Assembly (NCBI GenBank): GCA_046328575.1
Contig: JAXLWI010000003.1
Span: forward strand, 52 to 64,051
Reading direction: 5' to 3'
Origin: Anaerolineae bacterium
GTDB taxonomy: Bacteria > Chloroflexota > Anaerolineae > Fen-1058
DNA length: 64,000 bases
Shown in pieces: positions 1 through 7,994 of this stretch; within the stretch, counting starts at the first letter, position 1; every line of letters starts with the position of its first letter. The notes beneath the pieces are model-generated. The model made no database searches, had not been told where the DNA came from, and was given only the letters and a program-made list of their open reading frames with translations. The position numbers and the translations under genes were made by a program.

Positions 1-137
1 ATGCCGTTATTCCGCCGGCGGTGCCGCCAAACAAGAGTCTGCTGCGCACCTCGTATATGGCGACGCACACCGAAGAGCAAATGGACTTTGTGCTGGATAC
101 GTTCTACAGGGTGGGCAAGGAGTTGGAACTGATTTAG
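1..137 (+). CDS. 3' end of a PLP-dependent class II aminotransferase (2-amino-3-ketobutyrate CoA ligase / 8-amino-7-oxononanoate synthase family); 5' part lies outside the window
   Basis: Frame 3 reads ...LLRTSYMATHTEEQMDFVLDTFYRVGKELELI* with stop TAG 135-137. This C-terminal motif (Thr/His ... Glu-Glu ... Asp-Phe ... Val-Gly-Lys-Glu-Leu) is typical of KBL/BioF-type enzymes. Not in the ORF track because it has no start in the window. Confidence 0.45.
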   Translation, partial: AVIPPAVPPNKSLLRTSYMATHTEEQMDFVLDTFYRVGKELELI

Positions 138-176
138 TGGTTAGTCGTCAGTGATTAGTTGTCAGTGATCAGAAAA

Positions 177-215
177 GCCTCCGAAGCGCAGCATGCTCGG
201 GGGTTTTTTGTTTTT
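177..215 (+). terminator. Putative intrinsic terminator (imperfect GC-rich hairpin gcctccgaagcgcagcatgctcggggg followed by tttttgttttt) between convergent genes
   Basis: GC-rich imperfect inverted repeat (cctccg/cggggg with a G-U pair) followed by an 11-nt T-rich run, directly downstream of the aminotransferase stop. Confidence 0.35.
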
Positions 216-267
216 CATGACGCTCAAGGAAGCGTCCGCGACACCAGGCTAGTGGCTTGAGCACCTG

Positions 268-1599
268 TCAGAGGCTGAAATTCACGACTTCGACTCTCGG
301 CTGAAAAGCATGTGTTAAGGCTCGTTTCTGTTTCCACCAAGTAAAGAATGCATATGGAAGCACGCCAAATAGACAGTAAACGAGGGTCAAACTCAGCAAA
401 CGACCATTGATGGCGACAAAGTGCTGCATCTCTGCTATGAACTGTGAAATAGGCAGTAGAGACAGATTGATCGACGGATCACTCAGCACTTCCCAGATCG
501 CAGTTAAATACACGCCTAGTACAGCACTAACTATCGCCAGACCACTGGCAATCAGCAAGCTGGTAATCGTTCGTTTTGTTCTGACTCGATCCATCGCTTT
601 GACGATCCCAACGAACGTAGCCATTCCGATGACGGCGGCGGCAGCCTGAAACACCACAGCGAGTGCGGCCCAAGCTAATGCGCCTAATATGGCTATGCCC
701 AGCCCGACCAATATGCCGCGCTTCAAGCCGGATGGTGCAGCCTGATAACGTCGTTGGGCGTCTGAAGTCATTTCTGGCAATTGTTCTAAACAACTGTGGC
801 ATAACCAGGTTGGCGTTCCATTGATTAACACCAATTGCACAGGTTCGCCATTCTTAACTTTGCAGGTTCGACCTTCGCATTCAGTCAAAGGTTGGGCATA
901 TTTCGAAATGACTTTGACGAGTTGGATCGCTCTAGCCGCAACAGCCTCTGCCGTTTCTTTCTTCGGCTCATATGGTACGATGAACCAGGCGTAATCGTCG
1001 CCAATGGTGTAGGTAAAACCTCGCCGCTTATGCGTCTTGTCAGAGAAGAACTGAAGATCAGAATCTTGCCGAATTGCTTCTTGGGTAGCCGCCTTGTCCA
1101 GGCCTGAGCGAAAGCGAATTAGTATCCCTATAATCGGGCGAAGTGTCTGTTCATGTTGGCCGTAAACGATCATGGTTACGTACTGGTTGATGCGTCCAAT
1201 CAGTCGGTATTGCCAGAGACCCGGTTGATCATTACGTAGAAAGGGTTTCAGGCCTGTTAATTCGGCCAGCTTACGCCAATACTCTCCATACGTGAGGCGA
1301 TTTCGGATTACCTTGCTTTGTAGCGTCCCCACGCGGCCACCATCTTCAAGTGCCGTTTGTGGCTCATCGCCAACCCAGAGCAGGTAGCGATACACAAAGC
1401 CATTCGTAACGATCTCGAAGGTCGCGGGCTGCCCATCGACGTTGAAGGTGTGCCGCGTCCCATATTCAAGAAGTTTTCGGTCAGACACGACCACTCGCTC
1501 GTCGAGCCAGACCGTTCGCTGGCCAGTCCAGTAGGAATGCTGCGCGCGAACAGTGTGCGATTGTCCGTTGATCTGAATCTGCCAAGTACGTTTGGCCAT
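268..1599 (-). CDS. Hypothetical membrane protein: ~250-aa N-terminal soluble domain, Cys-x2-Cys...Cys-x2-Cys zinc-ribbon-like cluster, 4-5 C-terminal TM helices
   Basis: 443-aa ORF. CEGRTC...WLCHSC cysteine pairs. C-terminal hydrophobic stretches (GILVGLGIAILGALAWAALAVVF..., LLIASGLAIVSAVLGVYLTAIW...). No family recognised. Confidence 0.45.
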   Translation of the reverse strand: MAKRTWQIQINGQSHTVRAQHSYWTGQRTVWLDERVVVSDRKLLEYGTRHTFNVDGQPATFEIVTNGFVYRYLLWVGDEPQTALEDGGRVGTLQSKVIRNRLTYGEYWRKLAELTGLKPFLRNDQPGLWQYRLIGRINQYVTMIVYGQHEQTLRPIIGILIRFRSGLDKAATQEAIRQDSDLQFFSDKTHKRRGFTYTIGDDYAWFIVPYEPKKETAEAVAARAIQLVKVISKYAQPLTECEGRTCKVKNGEPVQLVLINGTPTWLCHSCLEQLPEMTSDAQRRYQAAPSGLKRGILVGLGIAILGALAWAALAVVFQAAAAVIGMATFVGIVKAMDRVRTKRTITSLLIASGLAIVSAVLGVYLTAIWEVLSDPSINLSLLPISQFIAEMQHFVAINGRLLSLTLVYCLFGVLPYAFFTWWKQKRALTHAFQPRVEVVNFSL

Positions 1600-1629
1600 T
1601 GCGCCTGATCCCTGATCCCTAATCCCCGA

Positions 1630-2730
1630 TTAACTGATAACCACCAACTCCCGATTGTACGTTGTAAGGCTTTCCGCCCCATCTGCGGTGATCAGCACAT
1701 CATCTTCGATGCGCACACCGCCGACGCCGGGAATGTAGATGCCGGGTTCGACGGTGAAGGTATTGCCGGGCACAAGTGGCACCGCGTTGCCTTCCACCAT
1801 GTACGGCGGCTCGTGACCTTCCAGGCCCAGGCCATGCCCGGTGCGATGTGTGAAGTACTGCCCGTAACCCGCCTCGACGATGACTTTGCGCGCGGCCCGA
1901 TCGATGTCCTGGCCGGTCGCACCCGGCTTGGCCGCAGCGCGACCAGCGGCATTGGCTTGCTTCACCACCTCGTAGATGCGTTTGAATTCATCGGATACGG
2001 CACCCACCGCAAACGTCCGCGTGATGTCGCTGTTGTAGCCATCGACGATGATGCCGAAATCCATCAACAATCCTTCACCCGCCTGAATGACGCCCTCGCC
2101 CGCGGCGAGATGCGGCAGCGCCGCGTGCGGTCCGGCCTGAATCAGCGGCTCAAACGCGATCGCTTCCGCGCCGCGGCGGAGCAGCGCCACCAGCAATTCA
2201 TTTGCCACCTGTCGCTCGGTCATGCCCACGCGGACGACGTCCAACACATCGTCAAGGGCCTGCTCGGTGATGGCGATCGCCCGCCGCATCGCAGCGATCT
2301 CGTCGGCATCTTTGATCGTGCGCGACGCCGCGATGCTGTCTTCCGCGTTCTCGATCTTGACGTGCGCCGCCGCTTGCTCCAACAACCGCAGTTCGAGCAC
2401 GCGCATCTTCAACGCTTCCACGCCGATCGTCGCGGTGCCTAGGTTCAAGGCTGTACTGGCCGCGCGAAATGCATCGAGCGGATCTTGTCCATCGCGATAG
2501 GTGAAAATCTGCCAATCGATGGGGCTGTTATCGGCTTTGCTGGCTTCAAACGCAGGCACGATCAACACCGGACGACCATCTACCGGCAGCAAAGCCAGCG
2601 TCGGTCGTTCCGATAGATGAAAGTGTAGCCCGGTGTAATACACCAGATTCGGACCGGGCACCAGCGCGATGCAATCCAACTTGGCCGCGGCGGCAAATTG
2701 GCTCAGTTTGGTCAGACGCGAGTTGGTCAT
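1630..2730 (-). CDS. M24 family Xaa-Pro aminopeptidase / prolidase
   Basis: 366 aa. Creatinase/prolidase N-terminal region plus pita-bread C-terminal domain with HGLGLEGHEPPY, GNTFTVEPGIYIPGVGGVRIEDDVLIT metal-ligand motifs. Confidence 0.8.
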   Translation of the reverse strand: MTNSRLTKLSQFAAAAKLDCIALVPGPNLVYYTGLHFHLSERPTLALLPVDGRPVLIVPAFEASKADNSPIDWQIFTYRDGQDPLDAFRAASTALNLGTATIGVEALKMRVLELRLLEQAAAHVKIENAEDSIAASRTIKDADEIAAMRRAIAITEQALDDVLDVVRVGMTERQVANELLVALLRRGAEAIAFEPLIQAGPHAALPHLAAGEGVIQAGEGLLMDFGIIVDGYNSDITRTFAVGAVSDEFKRIYEVVKQANAAGRAAAKPGATGQDIDRAARKVIVEAGYGQYFTHRTGHGLGLEGHEPPYMVEGNAVPLVPGNTFTVEPGIYIPGVGGVRIEDDVLITADGAESLTTYNRELVVIS

Positions 2731-2752
2731 GGATATCCTTTCGAGTGGGGCG

Positions 2753-2782
2753 TTTTACGCATTAAGCAATACGCATTATAAT
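2753..2782 (+). promoter_or_regulatory. Sigma70-like promoter candidate (TTACGC - 18 nt - TATAAT) upstream of the YtxH-like gene; SD GGAGGTGG at 2800-2807
   Basis: TATAAT at 2777-2782, TTACGC at 2753-2758, strong Shine-Dalgarno 7 nt before ATG 2815. Confidence 0.35.
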
Positions 2783-2814
2783 CGCATCGATCCAATTCCG
2801 GAGGTGGAAGTCCG

Positions 2815-3024
2815 ATGGGAAAGTTTCTGGCATTCCTGAGCGGCGTGTTAAGCGGAGCGGTGGTCGGCGCCGTCACGGCGTTACTGTTGACGCCGCAAAG
2901 TGGCGAAGGCCTAAAAGGTCAAGCGCGCCAACGGTACAACGATATGTTGGAAGAAGGTCGCAAAGCGGGCGAGGCCCGTCGGCAGGAAGTGCTGGCCGAA
3001 TTTGAGGCCATGAAGCACGGTTAA
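2815..3024 (+). CDS. YtxH-like small membrane-associated stress protein
   Basis: 69 aa. N-terminal hydrophobic helix then charged helical tail (GKFLAFLSGVLSGAVVGAVTALLLTPQSGEGLKGQARQ...), the typical YtxH/DUF948 pattern. Confidence 0.55.
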   Translation: MGKFLAFLSGVLSGAVVGAVTALLLTPQSGEGLKGQARQRYNDMLEEGRKAGEARRQEVLAEFEAMKHG

Positions 3025-3035
3025 ACAGACACCCG

Positions 3036-3061
3036 CCCCGACGTTGACTGTAACGTCGGGG
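3036..3061. terminator. Hairpin (ccccgacgtt-gactgt-aacgtcgggg, 10-bp perfect stem) between convergent ytxH-like (+) and metalloprotease (-) genes; candidate bidirectional terminator
   Basis: Perfect 10-bp inverted repeat seen directly. No strong T-run on the + side, modest T content on the - side. Confidence 0.4.
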
Positions 3062-3120
3062 CTGGTGTGTTACTTCAGTGTGAGACTCTAATGCTCTAAG
3101 CTCGCGTCCCCGCGGGCGCG

Positions 3121-5199
3121 CTATTTTGTCGTGATATTCCAGTTGAAGTCGGCTTCTTCCGTGGTCTTGGGCGCCATCGCACTGATGACGATCTCCGCCC
3201 GCTTCAACTGACTCAGCGGCACCGTCCACTGCGCGGTATTATCGGCGGTGAGTGGCAACCGCGTCACCGTAGTCTGGCCGTCCTGTCCAAAACTGATCAG
3301 CTGCACCGCATAGGTTTGCGGCACAAAGTTATTGGTGCGCAGCCAGCCACCCGCCTGCCAGCCCGCCGAGCCGTTTTCGAAATCATCGTGATAGTTGATC
3401 TCCGGGATCGACACATCGTCGATGGCCATGCCGGGCAGGTTCACGGCTAGATCGTTGATCACCTCAAACCCGATCGTGATCTTCTTCCCCGCGTAATCGC
3501 TGAGATCGACGGTTTCTTCAACCCACTGGGGTTTATCGCCACCGCCGCTGTTGCCGGTGTAGCCCCAACCGTAATTCGCATTGATGGGATTGGTGTCGGT
3601 AGTCGATGGTGCTTGCAAAATCTTCCACGTCTTGCCGCCATCTTCGGACACCGTCAGATACGCGTAATCCCAGTCTTTTTCCAGTGAATACCACGTCCAG
3701 TAGGTAAGCGTCGCTTTGTTCACGCTGGTCAGATCGAAGTCGCGTGTCAGCGTGAGATCGGTCGTGTCGCCGCGATTGCTCCACATGAAGTATTGCCCGC
3801 TGTGCGGCTCCGCGCCGATCATGCGCGCTTTTGTCGAGCCGGCAAAATCGATCGAGACGTCTTTAGCCCCCTGCAATTCGATATAACGCCCGGCGTATTG
3901 ATGCACGTTGCTGCGCTCGGCAAACGGAAAGCGCTTGATCGACTGCTCGGGTTCCACCTGCGCTCGATCGGTTTGGGCGTAGCCATAGCGGCCGTTGTCG
4001 ATTGAAGGATTATCGAGCGTGCGCGCCACCAACCAATCGGCGACAAAATCGTCGACGGTCTTGCCCGGCTCCAACTTGTCCAGAACTTTCTGGATGCCAA
4101 TGAGTCCATTGGCGGGTTCAGCGGCTAGTGCTTGCACGCCTTTATCGCCGAAACGATCCCAGAAGTACAACATGAACGAAAAGGCTGTGCCGTAATTCTG
4201 CGCGTCGGCCACGCCGCCATCTGGCCACGAGTTGAGTTGGATGTCGGGCGTCCGCGCAGCAACAAGGTCCGCACCCGGATCATCGCCGTTAAGGAAGATG
4301 GCCAATTCCGACATGCCTTCGCTGACCCAGGTGTCTTCGTTCTGATCATCGCGGAACAAAATCATATGCTGAAATTCATGCGCCAGCACGCCATCGTAAT
4401 AGCCTGACCCCACCGCTTCCGCGCCGCCTACACCTTCGATGTCGATGTAAAACATATCTTTCTCGTTGGAGTCGGCGCGCACGGCGCTAGTCACTTGATC
4501 GACGCTGGAGAAATAGCCGCCTGACGAAGTGCCAGAGGTATTGAGAATATGAATGCGCGGATCGCAATCGATGCCGGGATTTTCTTCTTCGCCGAAGAGC
4601 GCGTGATTACGCGGATAGATTTTGTCGTTGAACGTCTGCGCGGAGCGGATCAACGCCTGCCGATCGACCATCTGCTCCCAACGGTTGTCCAGCCACATAT
4701 ACGCGTGATCGGTTTTAGCCACCAGTGTGGCCTCTACATCAAACGTCTTGAGGTTGTCGAAACTGAACACTTGAAACTTCGTTTGATCGCCAACATTGTA
4801 ATCGGGCGCCGTGGTGCACGTCTTATCGGGCGCATCGGCGGGCAAGCCCTTGAACTTGATCGCTAAGGCGCGCAGATCGCCCGGCGGAATGTCGGTGGTC
4901 TCAACCAATTGGGCGTTCGTGCGATCGGCGTCGGTGACGGCATCGCGGATAAGGCCGACCGTGTCAAACGTCGCGCCGCTGTCAGATGGAGTCGTGGGGA
5001 CGGTGGTGGCATCGGGTGCGGCCGTGGCCGCCGGCTGCGCGGGATCCGATCGGGGCACAGAATTGATCGGCGCGCGGGTCGGTTCGGGTACAGGCTGAAT
5101 CGGCTGCACATTGGTACACGCTGCCAACAGCGTTGTTACGAGCAGCAACAGCGTTAGCGATCGTTTCAAGGTGACTCTAATGTTCACAATCTCCTCCAA
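3121..5199 (-). CDS. Secreted lipoprotein zinc metallopeptidase (HExxH)
   Basis: 692 aa. Signal peptide with lipobox (LLAAC). Pro/Thr/Ala-rich linker. VLAHEFQHMILF zinc-binding HExxH motif. Family (M6/InhA-like or other) not resolved from sequence alone. Confidence 0.6.
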   Translation of the reverse strand: MEEIVNIRVTLKRSLTLLLLVTTLLAACTNVQPIQPVPEPTRAPINSVPRSDPAQPAATAAPDATTVPTTPSDSGATFDTVGLIRDAVTDADRTNAQLVETTDIPPGDLRALAIKFKGLPADAPDKTCTTAPDYNVGDQTKFQVFSFDNLKTFDVEATLVAKTDHAYMWLDNRWEQMVDRQALIRSAQTFNDKIYPRNHALFGEEENPGIDCDPRIHILNTSGTSSGGYFSSVDQVTSAVRADSNEKDMFYIDIEGVGGAEAVGSGYYDGVLAHEFQHMILFRDDQNEDTWVSEGMSELAIFLNGDDPGADLVAARTPDIQLNSWPDGGVADAQNYGTAFSFMLYFWDRFGDKGVQALAAEPANGLIGIQKVLDKLEPGKTVDDFVADWLVARTLDNPSIDNGRYGYAQTDRAQVEPEQSIKRFPFAERSNVHQYAGRYIELQGAKDVSIDFAGSTKARMIGAEPHSGQYFMWSNRGDTTDLTLTRDFDLTSVNKATLTYWTWYSLEKDWDYAYLTVSEDGGKTWKILQAPSTTDTNPINANYGWGYTGNSGGGDKPQWVEETVDLSDYAGKKITIGFEVINDLAVNLPGMAIDDVSIPEINYHDDFENGSAGWQAGGWLRTNNFVPQTYAVQLISFGQDGQTTVTRLPLTADNTAQWTVPLSQLKRAEIVISAMAPKTTEEADFNWNITTK

Positions 5200-5251
5200 A
5201 TAGTTAACCTAAACGCGGCGATTATACCATTCACGTTCCCTATAAAATGCA

Positions 5252-5284
5252 CATCGCTCGACCTGGGCAAAGCGTCGAGCGATG
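5252..5284 (-). terminator. Hairpin catcgctcgac-ctgggcaaagc-gtcgagcgatg (11-bp stem) downstream of the PDZ gene; stem sequence is shared with the hairpins in the 6421-6700 tandem repeat
   Basis: Perfect inverted repeat followed on the minus strand by tgcattttat. Stem CGCTCGAC/GTCGAGCG is identical to copy 2 of the tandem-repeat hairpin. Confidence 0.45.
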
Positions 5285-5306
5285 CGATGTTGAAAGACGA
5301 TTGAGG

Positions 5307-6326
5307 TTAACCGGTGAAGCCGGGGTTATCGTTATTGAAGCCCGGCGGCATTTGGAATTGTCGTTCGGCGGGTCGCTGCCCTAAGGTGACTTTAACTTCG
5401 CGCGAATCGGTCGGGCCGTTGGCCGTCCCTTTGACTACTGTCAGCGTGATCTCATCGCCAACTTTGAACTGCTGCACGGCATCGCGCAGTGTGTGCTGAT
5501 CATCGACGGCTGTGCCGTTAACGGCGGTGATGACGTCGCCCTTCTTCAGACCCGCCTTCGCCGCCGGACTGCCCGCCACAACGACCCGGATCAATGCGCC
5601 GGTTGTGCCGGTAATGCCTTCGCGCGCGGCCACATCAGCCGTGATCGATTCGAACTCCACACCCAGATATGGGCCGTTCGCCGCTGGCGCTGTTTGATCT
5701 TGCCCGTTGCCAAACGGCATCGGTACCTGCGAACCATCGGGCAATTGGAAATTGAAGTCTTGTGTCGCGGGCCGTTCGCCCAACTTCACTTTAACGTCGT
5801 GCGAATCGGTCGGACCATTGGCAGTACCTTTTACAATCGTCAACGTGATCTCATCGTTGGGCTTAGAATTCGCTACGCGGCTGCGGAGATCGTTCTGCGC
5901 GTCGACCGTCTGGCCATCGACAGCGGTGATCACCTCGCCCGCTTTGAGACCTGCCGTGGCGGCGGGGCTGCCCTCCACCACCGATCGGATCAACGCGCCC
6001 GTCGTGCCCGTGATGCCTTCGGTCGCGGCGAGTTCCGGTGTGATCATTTGATACTCAACACCCAAATACGCGCCGCCCGCCTGTGTCGGCTGTACCTGTC
6101 CAAAGGGTAAGGTAAAGCCCTGCGGGCCGTTGGAGTTGCCGCGATTCTGATCGGGTACAGGTGCGGCCGCGGCCGCCTGATTGGACGCCGCTTGCCGTGC
6201 GCCCTCGGCCTGACCCCAGCGATAGCCGATCAAACCGCCCGCGCCCAGTCCGGCGCCTAATAGCACCAATGCGCCAATGACAATCCCTAAGACTTGTTTG
6301 CCGCTGAATCGTGACTCGGTGGTCAT
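5307..6326 (-). CDS. Membrane-anchored protein with two tandem PDZ domains (no protease domain)
   Basis: N-terminal TM helix (VLGIVIGALVLLGAGLGAGGLIGY). Two near-identical PDZ units (GITGTTGALIRSVVEGSPAATAGLKAGEVITAVDGQTVD / GITGTTGALIRVVVAGSPAAKAGLKKGDVITAVNGTAVDD). Start placed at ATG 6326 (MTTESRF), preceded by GGAGG; the ORF-track start at 6371 lacks an SD. Confidence 0.7.
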   Translation of the reverse strand: MTTESRFSGKQVLGIVIGALVLLGAGLGAGGLIGYRWGQAEGARQAASNQAAAAAPVPDQNRGNSNGPQGFTLPFGQVQPTQAGGAYLGVEYQMITPELAATEGITGTTGALIRSVVEGSPAATAGLKAGEVITAVDGQTVDAQNDLRSRVANSKPNDEITLTIVKGTANGPTDSHDVKVKLGERPATQDFNFQLPDGSQVPMPFGNGQDQTAPAANGPYLGVEFESITADVAAREGITGTTGALIRVVVAGSPAAKAGLKKGDVITAVNGTAVDDQHTLRDAVQQFKVGDEITLTVVKGTANGPTDSREVKVTLGQRPAERQFQMPPGFNNDNPGFTG

Positions 6327-6420
6327 ACTCTTTTCGCCTCCAAATTTCTGGTCGAAGTATGCCACGCGCACGTTAAGATTTCGTAAGAAGGACTTGAAAG
6401 TTGCTTGAAAAGTGCGCTAA

Positions 6421-6700
6421 AACGCAAACCGCCCGACCTTGCCTAAGGGTCGGGCGATCTGCGTAGGAGGAAGGAAGTTGATGATAGTATCGATCCGTTG
6501 GCTTAAGCGCACATGAAAAAGAGTTGAAGGTTGATTGAGAGTTGGCCAACTTTCAAAGTTCGTGCCGTATAACGCAAATCGCTCGACCTTGCCTAAGGGT
6601 CGAGCGATTTGTGTAGGAGGAAGGAAGTTGATGATAGTATCGATCTGTTGGCTTAAATTCATATGAAAACGAGTTGAAAGTTGATTGAGAATTCGAGAGA
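6421..6700. repeat. Tandem direct repeat, 2 copies, period 150 bp (120 bp near-identical core). Each copy holds a 9-bp-stem hairpin and, on the + strand, AGGAGG followed by an 11-codon mini-ORF
   Basis: Copy 1 6421-6540, copy 2 6571-6690, ~93% identical. Hairpins are cgcccgacc-ttgcctaag-ggtcgggcg (6430-6456) and cgctcgacc-ttgcctaag-ggtcgagcg (6580-6606). The c->t change in the left arm is matched by a g->a change in the right arm (compensatory). Mini-ORFs MIVSIRWLKRT (6481-6516) and MIVSICWLKFI (6631-6666) lie 8 nt after AGGAGG. Confidence 0.8.
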
Positions 6701-6758
6701 CTGCGAACGCAGAATTCAGAACAGCGACTGCGTACGAACCCATCTACTCTCGATTGAC

Positions 6759-7655
6759 CTACAACTCCCGAGCGATCAGTGTGGCGACGCGGGCATTGTT
6801 GGCCAGCAGCGCAATGTTGGTCTTCATGCTCTCGCCGCCCGTCAGTTCGGCGACGTGCGCCAGCAGGAACGGCGTAATGGCCTTACCGCGCACACCCTGA
6901 TCTTCAGCCATTTTCAGCGCGGCGAGGATGGCTGGCTCGATGTCTTCGTTGGGGATGGCGAGTTCGGCAGGCACCGGGACACCGATCAGCACGCCGCCTT
7001 CCAGACCAAGTTGATACTTAGCGCGAATGATCGCCGCCGCGTCCGCCGCTGTATCGACGCGGGCATCGACGGGCAGGCCGCTGCTGCGCGAATAGAACGC
7101 CGGAAAGGTATCTGTGCCAAAGCCCAGCACGGGCACGCCGCGCGTCTCCAGCCATTCGAGCGTGAGCGGCAGATCGAGGATGGCCTTTGCGCCCGCGCAC
7201 ACGACAGTGACGGGCGTCTGCGCCAGTTCGGGCAAATCGGCGGACACATCGAACGGCTGCCCGCGGTGCACCCCGCCGATGCCGCCGGTGGCAAACACCT
7301 TGATGCCAGCCTGCGCGGCCACCCACATCGTCGCGGCGACGGTCGTCGCGCCATGGCCGCGCTGCGACACCACAATAGGCAAATCGCGGCGGCTGACCTT
7401 GCGGACACCGTCGGTGTTAGCTAGCAATTCCAGTTCGTGCGGCTCCAGCCCGGCGTGAATTTCGCCGTTCAAAATCGCGATGGTGGCGGGGACAGCACCG
7501 TTGTCACGGACCACAGCCTCAAGCTGGCGGGCCACGTCGAGATTGACAGGGCGCGGCAGACCGTGCGTGATCAGTGTCGATTCCAGCGCGACGACGGGCT
7601 GATGGTTGGTCAGCGCCTCGCGGACGGAGGCAGAGAGATGGAGGGTAATGGGCAT
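6759..7655 (-). CDS. psuG: Pseudouridine-5'-phosphate glycosidase
   Basis: 298 aa, MPITLHLSASVREALTNHQPVVALESTLITHGLPRP... Full-length match to the PsuG/indigoidine synthase A-like family. Confidence 0.9.
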   Translation of the reverse strand: MPITLHLSASVREALTNHQPVVALESTLITHGLPRPVNLDVARQLEAVVRDNGAVPATIAILNGEIHAGLEPHELELLANTDGVRKVSRRDLPIVVSQRGHGATTVAATMWVAAQAGIKVFATGGIGGVHRGQPFDVSADLPELAQTPVTVVCAGAKAILDLPLTLEWLETRGVPVLGFGTDTFPAFYSRSSGLPVDARVDTAADAAAIIRAKYQLGLEGGVLIGVPVPAELAIPNEDIEPAILAALKMAEDQGVRGKAITPFLLAHVAELTGGESMKTNIALLANNARVATLIAREL

Positions 7656-7994
7656 GATGAGGGGCCTCGTTTCGATAGATTCTAAACTATGCCGATTGTA
7701 ACTCGATTGTAATATGCTGAATAGTCAAACCCCAATGGATTTGAACAAACCGAGTCACGTTCAAGCAAAACACCAAGATCTCCTACCATTACTTCCAGTC
7801 TGCTGAAGGCAGCCATGCCTTGATGCCTGTAATCATTGTAAGAAAACCGCAACCATTTTGAAAGGCTTGAGTTATGCATTTTACAAGCATTACGCATATA
7901 ATTACAACACAGAATCGGTCCTATCATACAACTAGAAGTCTGATTACACTTTCTAGTCGTGTGAGGAGGAAGATTCTGACGTTACGGAGATGAC
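7656..7994. promoter_or_regulatory. 340-bp AT-rich divergent intergenic region: promoters for psuG (-) and the kinase operon (+); TATAAT at 7896-7901; palindrome ctagaa-N13-ttctag at ~7932-7956; SD GGAGA at 7985-7989
   Basis: Marked AT-richness compared with flanking coding DNA, -10-like hexamer, inverted repeat directly upstream of the operon start. Confidence 0.4.

Noticed and set aside
6421-6700. Possible CRISPR array
   Set aside because: Only two repeat units of 150 bp with a 30-bp non-conserved segment. No short repeat-spacer periodicity and no cas genes nearby; it is a simple tandem duplication.
6417-6743. 108-aa minus-strand ORF with an internally repeated peptide (LSQQIDTIINFLPPTQIARPLGKV x2)
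   Set aside because: It is merely the translation of the 150-bp tandem DNA repeat. It lies in an intergenic region with terminator-like hairpins and has no SD; the peptide repeat is a by-product of the nucleotide repeat.
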